Positions 48,099-57,105 of a DNA stretch of 64,000 nt are shown piece by piece (the first letter of the stretch is position 1; each line of letters begins with the position of its first letter). A program made the position numbers and the translations under genes. The DNA is taken from positions 1-64,000 of IMG/VR virus record IMGVR_UViG_3300033075_001508; one strand, given 5' to 3'. This DNA comes from a virus (Duplodnaviria; Caudoviricetes). The notes beneath the pieces were generated by a model that ran no database searches, was not told the DNA's origin, and saw only the letters and a list, made by a program, of their open reading frames with translations.

Positions 48099-48569
48099 AT
48101 GAAAATAGGTATAGGAATAAGTAGCTTAGGTTCTTCGCAACTAAGTTACTACGCAATTAGAAGCGCTAACCAGTTACTTTCTAAAACGTGTGAACACGAC
48201 ATCGTAGCCCTGTACGAGAATCCTTCTCCGCACGTTCTTCCCATGCTGTTTGCCTCCATGCAGTTCTCCGAGGCCTGGGCGTTCGACGGGGTGGCGGTCT
48301 CCACCAACCTTTCCACCGCCGAGAAGCTCCTGACCTTTCCCTGCTTAACCAAACGCCTGTTCTATGTCTGGGACCTGGAGTGGTTGCGGCTTCAACCAAA
48401 ACACTTCCAAAGCCTACGAGGGATTTACGCCAATCCCGACCACGTACTGGTGGCTAGAAGCAACGAACACTCGCGTATTATCTCTGATGTCTGGAACGTG
48501 CCGGTCAACTTCGTGGTGGAAGACACCAACCTGATTCCGGGTTTAATTGAGGTCGCCGGCCGGATATGA
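48099..48569 (+). CDS. Hypothetical protein (GT-B N-domain-like)
   Basis: FYVWDLEW, VARS; end of the glycosylation cluster. Confidence 0.5.
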   Translation: MKIGIGISSLGSSQLSYYAIRSANQLLSKTCEHDIVALYENPSPHVLPMLFASMQFSEAWAFDGVAVSTNLSTAEKLLTFPCLTKRLFYVWDLEWLRLQPKHFQSLRGIYANPDHVLVARSNEHSRIISDVWNVPVNFVVEDTNLIPGLIEVAGRI

Positions 48570-48811
48570 GAGTGCGCCACTTCCTGTTCACTCAAGAAGG
48601 TAAAAAGTTCCTTCATGAGCAATACATCCTGAAGGAACGAAGCACATACGAAATTGCCGAACAGTTGGAGGTTTACCCAAACATGGTTCGGCGGGCGCTG
48701 CAAAGCCACAAGTTTCCCATTCGCTCAAAAAGCGAAGCTCAGTCCGTTGCCTTGAAAACTGGGCGACACAAACACCCCACGAAAGGAAAGAATGGCAAAA
48801 AAGAAAGTTGA
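48566..48811 (+). CDS. Small HTH protein resembling the N-terminal domain of the HNH-like genes
   Basis: FLHEQY..RSTYEIAEQL..VRRAL..PIR. Confidence 0.55.
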   Translation: MRVRHFLFTQEGKKFLHEQYILKERSTYEIAEQLEVYPNMVRRALQSHKFPIRSKSEAQSVALKTGRHKHPTKGKNGKKES

Positions 48812-49655
48812 AATCGCCCCTGAAGAAGAGGCGGCGTTGGACAGCGTAAGTTTTGATGGCATCGAAAGCGGCGACACCGCCCTTCCCATCATGTCCTCAG
48901 TCGCGGAGATGGAAGAAGACCCAACCATCGAAAAGGTCCATCCTCGCTTCGGACCGCCAATGTGGTCGGAAAACTGGCAGGATTTCGTTCTGAGCCAGTT
49001 CAAGGACGACGAGAAGGACGACGACGGCAACCCATACGTTCACGGCCTACGTCGCGTGGCTCGCAAGCTTCTTGGCCCCATCGTACATAGCGGTCCCCTG
49101 GAGGCCTCTCCTGCTGAGTTCCTGGGCACTCCAAGAGAAACGGACCTGTATTCGCTCCTGAAACCGGTGACTGTTCGCTACGTGCTTCGCATCCTATGGA
49201 CGCGGCCGGAAGACATCCCTGATGGCGGCGAAGCCTTCATGGTTGAGTACACGGACGTCGCCGATTGTATGCGGAACAACACAGACCCCGAGTTCTTGAT
49301 TCATCCCAGCGCCATGGCCAGTACCCGGGCGGAAGGTCGCTGCCTTCGCAAGGCCTTGCAAATCAAGAAGGTGTCGGCGGAAGAGAAGACCCGAGTTCCG
49401 TTGGTTGAAGCCAGCGCGACCGGCCTTATTCGCGAAAGCGACATCATCTTCATCGAGGCCCTTTGCAGGAGACTCGACATCAACCTTATGAACTACGTCA
49501 ACGCCGGCTCGAAGAAGTACGACAGTATCGAGCAAGTGGCGTTGGGTACAGCCGAGAGGATGACGGAGCATCTGAGCATGCTCCAGAACCAAAAGGACAA
49601 AATCAAGCCGGAATGGAAGGGGTACGACCCCAACTGGCGAGATAACACATTCTAA
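48792..49655 (+). CDS. Hypothetical protein, possible Rad52-like ssDNA annealing protein
   Basis: GLRRVA...AMASTRAEGRCLRKALQI. Confidence 0.45.
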   Translation: MAKKKVEIAPEEEAALDSVSFDGIESGDTALPIMSSVAEMEEDPTIEKVHPRFGPPMWSENWQDFVLSQFKDDEKDDDGNPYVHGLRRVARKLLGPIVHSGPLEASPAEFLGTPRETDLYSLLKPVTVRYVLRILWTRPEDIPDGGEAFMVEYTDVADCMRNNTDPEFLIHPSAMASTRAEGRCLRKALQIKKVSAEEKTRVPLVEASATGLIRESDIIFIEALCRRLDINLMNYVNAGSKKYDSIEQVALGTAERMTEHLSMLQNQKDKIKPEWKGYDPNWRDNTF

Positions 49656-49670
49656 TTTCTTTGGAGAACA

Positions 49671-50060
49671 ATGGAAGCGCAACTACGTCTGCCTAACGGA
49701 ATCGTCCTCAAAGTGGAGGGTGACACTCAAAAGGAACTGTTCGAGGAAATCGCATCCTCGTATGAGGTTTTTGCTGAGAGCAAATGCGGTCTTTGTCAGT
49801 CGACAGACATCAAGCCGGTCGTTCGAGTATCCGGGGAGTACGACTTCCCTGAATACCACTGCCAGAAGTGCTACGCTCGCCTTAGCCTGGGCCAGAACCA
49901 AAAGGGAGGGGGACTATTCCCCATCCGTAAGCTCACGCCAGAAGGCAAGCCAGACCGCGAGAAAGGGTCGTTTGGACCCCACAATGGATGGTCGAAGTAT
50001 AAGGGTGAACCAAAGACGGGAGAGGAGAAATCCGCTCCTCCTGCAAAGGGTCGCCGGTAA
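49671..50060 (+). CDS. Hypothetical Zn-ribbon protein
   Basis: CGLC...CQKC. Confidence 0.6.
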   Translation: MEAQLRLPNGIVLKVEGDTQKELFEEIASSYEVFAESKCGLCQSTDIKPVVRVSGEYDFPEYHCQKCYARLSLGQNQKGGGLFPIRKLTPEGKPDREKGSFGPHNGWSKYKGEPKTGEEKSAPPAKGRR

Positions 50061-50065
50061 ATAAC

Positions 50066-50101
50066 AAGGGCGGTTCCAACCTAATGGAGCCGCCCTTTTT
50101 T
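50066..50101 (+). terminator. Rho-independent terminator
   Basis: AAGGGCGGTTCCA-loop-TGGAGCCGCCCTT running into a T tract. Confidence 0.8.
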
Positions 50102-50206
50102 CGCGAAGGTTTTTGGTAAACCTTTTCATTCTTTATCGGCTTCAAACCCCAGTTCGGGGTATTATTGTATAGACCTTTCCTATGAACACTCAAGGAGTCA
50201 AAGCGA

Positions 50207-51016
50207 GTGGCCGGTAAGAAATGGACAGATGACGAGGTTCAGTTTGTAAAAGACAATTACCTGAACATGTCGTGCGAAGAGATGGCGAACCAATTGCCTG
50301 GACGAACAAAAAGGGCGGTTCAGCACCTGTTCGGACAGCTTGGATTAGAGCGACCCATTCTTGGAGTCGGCGACAAGCATGGCAGGCTTACCATCACAAA
50401 CACGTTTTACAAGAACATCGGAAGCCAGAACATACTAATGGCCAATGTGACTTGCGATTGCGGCACACAAAAGGTTGTTAAAGTAGCATCCATGAAACCT
50501 GGATTGACGGTATCATGTGGATGCTGGAAGAGCGAGCAGGCAAGACGTACCGTTACAGCAAAGAATCTGTCTCACGGAATGAGCAGCCACCCGCTGTACA
50601 AAATTTTCAATGGCATGAAAGCTAGGTGCCTTTACCCTTCCATGCGTCAGTTTAAGAACTATGGTGGACGAGGAATCTCTGTTTGCGAGACATGGAGCAG
50701 CGATTACAAGGCGTTTTATGACTGGGCCGTTCAAAACGGGTGGCAGCCCGGCTTAACTATCGAGCGAAAAGATGTAAACGGCAATTACTGCCCAGAGAAC
50801 TGCTGTTGGGTACCAAGAAGTAAACAGAACGAGAACAAGACCAACAACAGGCTTCTTTCGGCATTTGGAGAGACAAAAGCGGCTGTTTTATGGAGCCAGG
50901 ACCCGAGGTGTAAGGCAAGAGATGGAGGTCAGATTCTTGAGAGGGTAGACAAACTGGGGTGGACAGCCGAAGAAGCCATTTCCACCCCGCCTGCTGTTAT
51001 AGGTATTCGCACGTAA
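50207..51016 (+). CDS. HNH-like endonuclease with N-terminal Myb-like domain
   Basis: KWTDDEVQFVKDNY; CDCG..SCGC; NYGGRGISVC; LTIERKDVNGNYCPENCCW. Confidence 0.75.
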   Translation: MAGKKWTDDEVQFVKDNYLNMSCEEMANQLPGRTKRAVQHLFGQLGLERPILGVGDKHGRLTITNTFYKNIGSQNILMANVTCDCGTQKVVKVASMKPGLTVSCGCWKSEQARRTVTAKNLSHGMSSHPLYKIFNGMKARCLYPSMRQFKNYGGRGISVCETWSSDYKAFYDWAVQNGWQPGLTIERKDVNGNYCPENCCWVPRSKQNENKTNNRLLSAFGETKAAVLWSQDPRCKARDGGQILERVDKLGWTAEEAISTPPAVIGIRT

Positions 51017-51644
51017 AATAGAGTCCAAATTGCGTCTTGGACCCAATCGTGTCCGGCGAAGGCGAGATGACAATATAGTGGTCGTGCCGTCTGTCCGACC
51101 ATCCGCCATCATTACCGTTTCCTGCATAGAGACCGCTGATGCCAGGACTGGGGCAAAGGTCGAGGTAGTTGCTCCCGGTCGATGCTGGCGTTACCGTGGT
51201 CCAGGTCGTGTCTCCGGAGCCCGTGTTGTCCTGGGTCGTTCCGGGATGGATAACCTCGGCAATCTTACAGGTCACGCCCGAAGCCGGATTGGCGCTGCTG
51301 GAGCGGTCGTAAATGTAGATGCGACTATTTTGCAATTGAAAAGATGATGCGTCATCCGATTCAACCCGGATGTTGAGGGTTGCCTTGTAGTTCGGGATGC
51401 AGGTCAGGGCGATTCCCGTGCCGGCCTGGCCCAGGATTCCCGACCCTAGGTTTAGGTACTTGACGTTGTCGACCTCCGGACCCTCGGTCGTGCCCGCGCC
51501 GTTGGTGATGAACGTCCTGCCTTGGTAATCGCCGACGCGTACCGAGCGGCCGAAGCCGTCAGAGTGAAAGAACCCAAGTCCAGACCCAGAAAGGTCTTGG
51601 ATTTGGAAGTCTTCGCCCGCGAAAAAAGATACATCAACTGCCAT
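50997..51644 (-). CDS. Putative virion structural protein
   Basis: G/S/T-rich beta protein at the end of the tail module; SD AAGGAA. Confidence 0.55.
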   Translation of the reverse strand: MAVDVSFFAGEDFQIQDLSGSGLGFFHSDGFGRSVRVGDYQGRTFITNGAGTTEGPEVDNVKYLNLGSGILGQAGTGIALTCIPNYKATLNIRVESDDASSFQLQNSRIYIYDRSSSANPASGVTCKIAEVIHPGTTQDNTGSGDTTWTTVTPASTGSNYLDLCPSPGISGLYAGNGNDGGWSDRRHDHYIVISPSPDTIGSKTQFGLYFTCEYL

Positions 51645-51679
51645 GGTTGGTTATTTCCTTTTGGATAAGTGTCAGTATT

Positions 51680-51689
51680 GAATACACCG
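51680..51689 (-). promoter_or_regulatory. CGGTGTATT motif upstream of a structural gene
   Basis: Intergenic; same core as at 59102-59111. Confidence 0.45.
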
Positions 51690-51696
51690 AAGCCTA

Positions 51697-51724
51697 TTGA
51701 CAGGACAGACTTGCGAGTTAAAAT
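51697..51724 (+). promoter_or_regulatory. Sigma70-type promoter
   Basis: TTGACA-16 nt-TAAAAT upstream of ATG 51760. Confidence 0.55.
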
Positions 51725-51759
51725 GTGTTGGTGGAGAAAACCTGTTTGGGAGAACAGAC

Positions 51760-52293
51760 ATGTTCCTAAAAATGCTCGTCGTCGTCATGCTTGTGGGGAC
51801 TGTGACAAACACATCAACTGCGCAAGCTAGAAAAATCTCTGGCAAACGTGGGGAGTCGTACGGATTTCACGACCTAGCCATCAAAGACATCAAGGCCACG
51901 ATGGATGGAAGCAAATTGACGATGGATGTCACCTTTGATTTCTCTAAGTGGCCATCGAAAGACGATGAGTACCGAACATCTTGGGACCTTTATCCGCCGA
52001 CTACCAAGTCTATTCAAGTCGCACTTTACGACGAGAATGGGCAATACCTGAGTGCCTTTCGAACCAAGTCCTCTTTTTCTCCGCATCCAGCGGCTATCAA
52101 GTTTCTGAGAAACCGAAAGTACCGCCCGATGACAAGCGCCTACTGGATTCCCATGGTGTCTCGATTTGTTTTCGATATAAGTAAGCGGGACGCAGAATAC
52201 GTCAGCGAAGCCCGTATAGTGTTCGGCTTTCCTAGCGACTACCTTTCTGCGGAGATTTACGATATCGAAAGCGTTGTGTTAAGACGCCCGTAA
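51760..52293 (+). CDS. Putative secreted protein (moron-like)
   Basis: Signal peptide MFLKMLVVVMLVGTVTNTSTAQA; opposite strand to its neighbours. Confidence 0.6.
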   Translation: MFLKMLVVVMLVGTVTNTSTAQARKISGKRGESYGFHDLAIKDIKATMDGSKLTMDVTFDFSKWPSKDDEYRTSWDLYPPTTKSIQVALYDENGQYLSAFRTKSSFSPHPAAIKFLRNRKYRPMTSAYWIPMVSRFVFDISKRDAEYVSEARIVFGFPSDYLSAEIYDIESVVLRRP

Positions 52294-52602
52294 TCACCAC
52301 TTGCTCGCTGGACACTTCTGAGTTGCCCAGCGAGCCTTTATTTTCAGGTTGCAGCCACAAAGTTTACATGCGTCCCCGTTCAGGTTCGGACACTCGCCGC
52401 AAATACGCATCCGCTCTTCGAACACTTCATCTGAAACCTTGGCGAATCCGCTGGCGGCGTGGCTAACAACAGCTTTGCCAAATGATATCGCCTTAGTAAG
52501 CAGGGAAGGCTTCATACCCCATAACTTTTGATACCTTGGGTCGTTTTGGGCCAACCAACATTTCCTACATCCGTCTATTGGAGGATTGTGTCCGCACCAC
52601 AT
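52294..52602 (-). CDS. Cys-rich small protein (DUF6171-like)
   Basis: RMRICGECP..CKLCGC..K..CPASKW. Confidence 0.6.
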   Translation of the reverse strand: MWCGHNPPIDGCRKCWLAQNDPRYQKLWGMKPSLLTKAISFGKAVVSHAASGFAKVSDEVFEERMRICGECPNLNGDACKLCGCNLKIKARWATQKCPASKW

Positions 52603-52608
52603 TTTTGT

Positions 52609-53001
52609 TTATTCCGTAATAGAAATATCCACTGTAGCAGCAGAGCCGCAACATGCTGTGTCCAGAATAAATGCGCCTGTACCGACATCAAGAGGGTCAC
52701 AACTTCCTCCGCTAAGAGGGAGCCCTCCCATAGTTGAATGGCAATTGCTAAGCGAAAGCATAAAGGTGTTTGGTGTACCTTCAGCGCACCAGAATTCTAC
52801 ATCTAAGACTCCAGCGGACAGAATAACTGAGCCGAGCCATTTCTGAGAGCTAGAGTCCCAGATAAGACTCCCTGTACCATCACATCCACCTCCAGACAAG
52901 GTTATGTATAAGGTGGTAGGCAAGGTGTTTGCGCAACAAGCGACTGTCGCTTCGCTCCCGCAGCAACTACAATCCGCATAGGTTACGATGGTCATTACCA
53001 T
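52609..53001 (-). CDS. Cys-rich putative tail-associated protein
   Basis: CSCC, ACC motifs; coupled to the large tail gene; start 53001 or 52995. Confidence 0.55.
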   Translation of the reverse strand: MVMTIVTYADCSCCGSEATVACCANTLPTTLYITLSGGGCDGTGSLIWDSSSQKWLGSVILSAGVLDVEFWCAEGTPNTFMLSLSNCHSTMGGLPLSGGSCDPLDVGTGAFILDTACCGSAATVDISITE

Positions 53002-56000
53002 TCACCTATAAGAAGGCCACGGTCGAACGTCATTTGCCTGTATGTCACTTCAAGTCCGCCTGTTCCGCAAGTTACATTGCTCACATATTCGATAGTCTGG
53101 GATATGCCACCGGAGCCCATACCCCAGGCAAGGTACACGTTATTAGCGTCATAGGAGTCAACAACCAACACCTGTCCTGTTGCGAACGGATTGCCGCTTG
53201 GCAGGAAGATGTGGACGTTTGTGTCGCGTCTACGCGTCTTCAGATAGGTTCGCGAAGACCCACCTTCTCCTGCTAACGCCACAAACCCGTCTGTTGCCGT
53301 GTCGCCAAGATATACGCCGGTAATCGTGGGCGTAGCAGACCAGACATTGCTGCCTCCGCTCTTATGAAGCACAGTGTTGTTTAGGCCGGCAGGCAGGTTG
53401 TATTCCGGATGCAAGTCGCCAGCGACAAACACCGGGTGTTCGTGAGAGTGGTCCGACCTGGCAAACGACTCTTCCACTCCGTCGTCGTTGACAGCGCCGA
53501 TACTTTGAATGCTGGTGCCCCACACCGCCTCAACGGTCCGAGGGCCATCGCCATTAACATCGAATTCCGCGCCGAACGTGTAGATGTACTCTGGGTGCAA
53601 ATTGCCGCTGTCGAAGACCGGATGTTCGTGAACATGGTCCACTCGTGCGAAATACTCTCCGCTTCCCTCGTCGTTCGCCCAACCAACCGGCAAAATACCT
53701 GTGCCCCACTCGGCCGAGATATGAAAATTACCATCGGTCTCATCAACCGTGAACTCTGGAGAATCGAACGTATAGGTAGCCCCACTGCCACTTGAGGACC
53801 CGCCAGAATCTGGGATTATCACATACCATTTTCGGTCATGCGCGACAAACAGTCCCATGAGCCGCTGCCCGCTTACAACAGGATTTGTCCATGTGTAAAC
53901 AAGCTGCTCTTTTACAGTATGTTCGGTGTTGTCAGGCTTGCGAAACTTGACTTCGACATATCCAGACCCACCGATAGGGATGTATCCCGTTGCTTCGCAA
54001 CGAATGATATCGTGAACGGTCCAGACGCCTCGCTCGCGGTCAAAAAGCATATCGACCGGACCTGCTTTCCACCAGTCAGAGCGGTTCAAGTAGCCGCTTG
54101 CAAACCCCCCGTCCTGCTCGATGAGAGTATTGCCGTCTGTCAGATTCGGGACAGGACCGCCATCGGTGTCATACCCCCAACCAACCAATACGAGCGGACC
54201 ACGAAGACCAAGAGCTTTGACGCCCTTTGTGCTGATATCCGGCGTTCGCCGATGTGCATTGAGTCCTTCGTAAGTTTCGCCCCAGGAGTAAATGTCGATG
54301 TCGTTTTGCCGCTTCCATGGGTCAAGTTGCTTTTGACTGAATCCTGTAACGCCGGTTATTTCCGGAAGAGGTGTAACGTAACCTGGAAGAAGGTAGGCGA
54401 GCGACGGTTTGGTAGCGAACGGACGAACCAATCCAGCCATACTCATAACAGCGCCGGATTTGTAATTGGTCTCCGAGTCCGCCTTCATAAATGGGACAGC
54501 TTCGATATACGTGGACGTGGAAGCGCCGACACGGACCCCGCTTGTGTAGGGGTCCATCACGTTTCTCGCAATCAACACCTCATGGGGAGTGTGCGGGTCC
54601 ATCGCAGGCGGGGCACCACCCATGAATCGTCTGGCGTTTACCGCCCTCGCTATCGCGATGTTTGTTACTTCCGCCTCTCTTGAGGACGCGCGTAGTGCCC
54701 GGCGAAGCTCGTTGGTAGTTTGGCCCAGCTTCTTCATGCGTTCGGCCTGGCCCTTACTAAACACGCCGAAACGAGGCGTATAGGTGGCGAACTGGTAGCT
54801 GGTTGTGACCCCTTGTGTACCAAACGACACTTGCATATTGGTCACGTTTGGTCCGCCGCTTTGCATGGTGTCGCCAAGCGAATATAGCGGAGCGCCGGCA
54901 AGCTCAAGAGAGCCAACTTCTCCTACTTGCATGTTGGTGACAGATTGAATCACACGAGCGGTGCCCACCTGGTCCATGATGGAATAGCCGCCGTATTCCC
55001 ACGGCACCAGGGTTGGGTCGACCTCAAAACGAACCTTCCCTACTGCTCCCTGCGCATACCACGGACCGTAGGTCAGGATGTTGGAGCGAAGGGGGACTGC
55101 CGCGCCAGAGGGATTGCGTTGAGCAGGAAAGACTCGCGCCATGGTCGAGCCGAAAGGTCGCCTATCTTCGAAAAATGCTCTAGCTTCAGCTGGAGTTCTC
55201 AATAGGACGCCAGCAATCACATCTACGCTGCCCAGAACATCAACTGGCCGGTCAAACAGCCCTTCTGGCACCGTAATCACAACGGCTGGCGAGGGAACAA
55301 ATACCAGATTGGGGTCGACCTGAACGGCCTGATAAAGGACACCGTCTTCAACAACGCTGTCGTTTGGGCTGATATTGGCGAGGTCTGCTCCGGTCAGATT
55401 ACTGAAGGTGACAAACGCCCGAAACGTGCCGTCCTGGTTCTTAAATGTGTCTTCGTTGAACGTGGACAGACCAAGAGGGGTCGAGCCTTCAGGAAGATAG
55501 CCGCCATCGGCGACGTCATAGCTGGTGGAAACGACAAGAGTTTCCGGGTCCTGCTTATGAAGAACGAACGGGACGCTCGCCACATACTTCTTGCCAAGGT
55601 AGGTCTGGGCAATCGCGCGAACGAACTCGTAAACGGTTTGTTGTCTTGCAAAGACTTCGCCAGACACAAACGCGGCACCAACCAATTCAGCTAGAAGCGG
55701 AGCATCTCCTACCAGGTCTGGCGGAAACATCAACGCATCCCCCACTAACGGATTGATGAGCGGGCTGTACAAGTTCAAGGCGGTGGCGATATCTGGCCGA
55801 TGATGCCACAAAAAAGCAGACCAGCTTTGAAAGTCGATGAGCGCAAGCCGCATTTCCAAAGTGGAACAAGTGTAGCTCACTGTGCCAATCAGGTCCGCAA
55901 TCTTGCTCGAATTCAGATTGGCGTATTCTGTTGGCGTGCTACCCCAACAATAAACAGCTTGAGCTAAATTTGCGTGAGCTTGTGCTGTTGACCCGAACGC

Positions 56001-57092
56001 TCCACGCTCACATTTGTACTTGTATACAACGCCCACAGTCCCAAGAAACTGCGTGCATTTGATGATTTCCGAGCCGATACGAACATAAAACGGAATGGCG
56101 GATGGCCAACCTGTTGCCGCAGCTGGCCAGGTAAAGTTTGCTAGCCAAAGCTCCGTGTCTGTCGCCGTGTGGTCGCCGTACAAGCTGGCCAAATATCTGG
56201 AGTCGACAAAGTCGAAGCGTCCCGAGGTGCCAAGAATCGGATTGCCAGCAACATCATATCCCCAGAACGAAGTTAGACTGGTCGTTTGGTGGAGAGTCGA
56301 GACCTGACCACCAACCAGGAACGCCGAGGTCGTCTCGTTACGAAGCTCAAGACCGTTGTGGCTACGAACAACAGTTCCGCCCCAGTTCGTGTTGGCGATG
56401 GCCGAGATGGTGCCGAGTGGAGGCTGGTTCGCTCTGCTTACCGTGCGAATCCTGATGGTGGTTCCCACCAACTCCACGAAGAAGTCGCAGCCGCCATCAT
56501 CGCAGATTTGGGAAAGAAGGTCGAGCAAACCAATGGACGCGCCGCCGCCCACGCGATAGTACGCAGGAGGATTAGGGACTTGACTCAGGTCGATGGCGTA
56601 CTTGACGCCACGGAACGTAATGGGGCCGCCGTATGTCGTGTAAGTTGGTTGATTGACAACCGCTTTGATTGCATCGCGAACCCGAGCCCAAGTCATGCCC
56701 GAATTGTTCGCTCCCGAATTGCCGTAGCCCGTATTCTCCCAATAGCCGTAGGCGTTGACGACGTTCTGAACTTCAGCCACCGAACCGGAATACTGACCGA
56801 TGACGACCTGGATGCCTTCCAGAAGCTCGCGGGGGTCGACAACCACGGCTTCATACGTGGGCAGACCCTGTGTCTCGTTTTTCTTTTCCCACTTCTGGAG
56901 CAAGCCAGAAAAGCGAAAGCTGCCGAACGTGAAATGTACGGGCGTGCCAACATCCGGAGGACTAAAGGTGTCTCCGTTGGCCGCGTCTTCGACTAATTGT
57001 ACAGAGAGGGAGCTTTGGTTTGCGTTCCATCCGATGGATGTGTTGAATCCACGGACGGACGCGCCCAGAAAACTAACCCGGGTGAACGCCAC
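52995..57092 (-). CDS. Large tail/baseplate hub protein with C-terminal fibre-like repeats
   Basis: 1365 aa downstream of the tape measure; LLSQICDDGGCDFFVEL hub-like segment; ARxDHxH repeats. Confidence 0.65.
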   Translation of the reverse strand: MAFTRVSFLGASVRGFNTSIGWNANQSSLSVQLVEDAANGDTFSPPDVGTPVHFTFGSFRFSGLLQKWEKKNETQGLPTYEAVVVDPRELLEGIQVVIGQYSGSVAEVQNVVNAYGYWENTGYGNSGANNSGMTWARVRDAIKAVVNQPTYTTYGGPITFRGVKYAIDLSQVPNPPAYYRVGGGASIGLLDLLSQICDDGGCDFFVELVGTTIRIRTVSRANQPPLGTISAIANTNWGGTVVRSHNGLELRNETTSAFLVGGQVSTLHQTTSLTSFWGYDVAGNPILGTSGRFDFVDSRYLASLYGDHTATDTELWLANFTWPAAATGWPSAIPFYVRIGSEIIKCTQFLGTVGVVYKYKCERGAFGSTAQAHANLAQAVYCWGSTPTEYANLNSSKIADLIGTVSYTCSTLEMRLALIDFQSWSAFLWHHRPDIATALNLYSPLINPLVGDALMFPPDLVGDAPLLAELVGAAFVSGEVFARQQTVYEFVRAIAQTYLGKKYVASVPFVLHKQDPETLVVSTSYDVADGGYLPEGSTPLGLSTFNEDTFKNQDGTFRAFVTFSNLTGADLANISPNDSVVEDGVLYQAVQVDPNLVFVPSPAVVITVPEGLFDRPVDVLGSVDVIAGVLLRTPAEARAFFEDRRPFGSTMARVFPAQRNPSGAAVPLRSNILTYGPWYAQGAVGKVRFEVDPTLVPWEYGGYSIMDQVGTARVIQSVTNMQVGEVGSLELAGAPLYSLGDTMQSGGPNVTNMQVSFGTQGVTTSYQFATYTPRFGVFSKGQAERMKKLGQTTNELRRALRASSREAEVTNIAIARAVNARRFMGGAPPAMDPHTPHEVLIARNVMDPYTSGVRVGASTSTYIEAVPFMKADSETNYKSGAVMSMAGLVRPFATKPSLAYLLPGYVTPLPEITGVTGFSQKQLDPWKRQNDIDIYSWGETYEGLNAHRRTPDISTKGVKALGLRGPLVLVGWGYDTDGGPVPNLTDGNTLIEQDGGFASGYLNRSDWWKAGPVDMLFDRERGVWTVHDIIRCEATGYIPIGGSGYVEVKFRKPDNTEHTVKEQLVYTWTNPVVSGQRLMGLFVAHDRKWYVIIPDSGGSSSGSGATYTFDSPEFTVDETDGNFHISAEWGTGILPVGWANDEGSGEYFARVDHVHEHPVFDSGNLHPEYIYTFGAEFDVNGDGPRTVEAVWGTSIQSIGAVNDDGVEESFARSDHSHEHPVFVAGDLHPEYNLPAGLNNTVLHKSGGSNVWSATPTITGVYLGDTATDGFVALAGEGGSSRTYLKTRRRDTNVHIFLPSGNPFATGQVLVVDSYDANNVYLAWGMGSGGISQTIEYVSNVTCGTGGLEVTYRQMTFDRGLLIGEW
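53400..53772 (-). repeat. Two tandem ~62-aa repeats (WGT..NDxG..FARxDHxHEHPVF..G.LHPEY)
   Basis: Visible in the translation. Confidence 0.8.
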
Positions 57093-57105
57093 TTGTCCTT
57101 ATCCT

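Noticed and set aside
785-49682. Long antisense ORFs (e.g. 785-1594, 13551-14438, 29906-30676, 37170-38006)
   Set aside because: Shadow frames of well-supported + strand genes with no recognisable motifs
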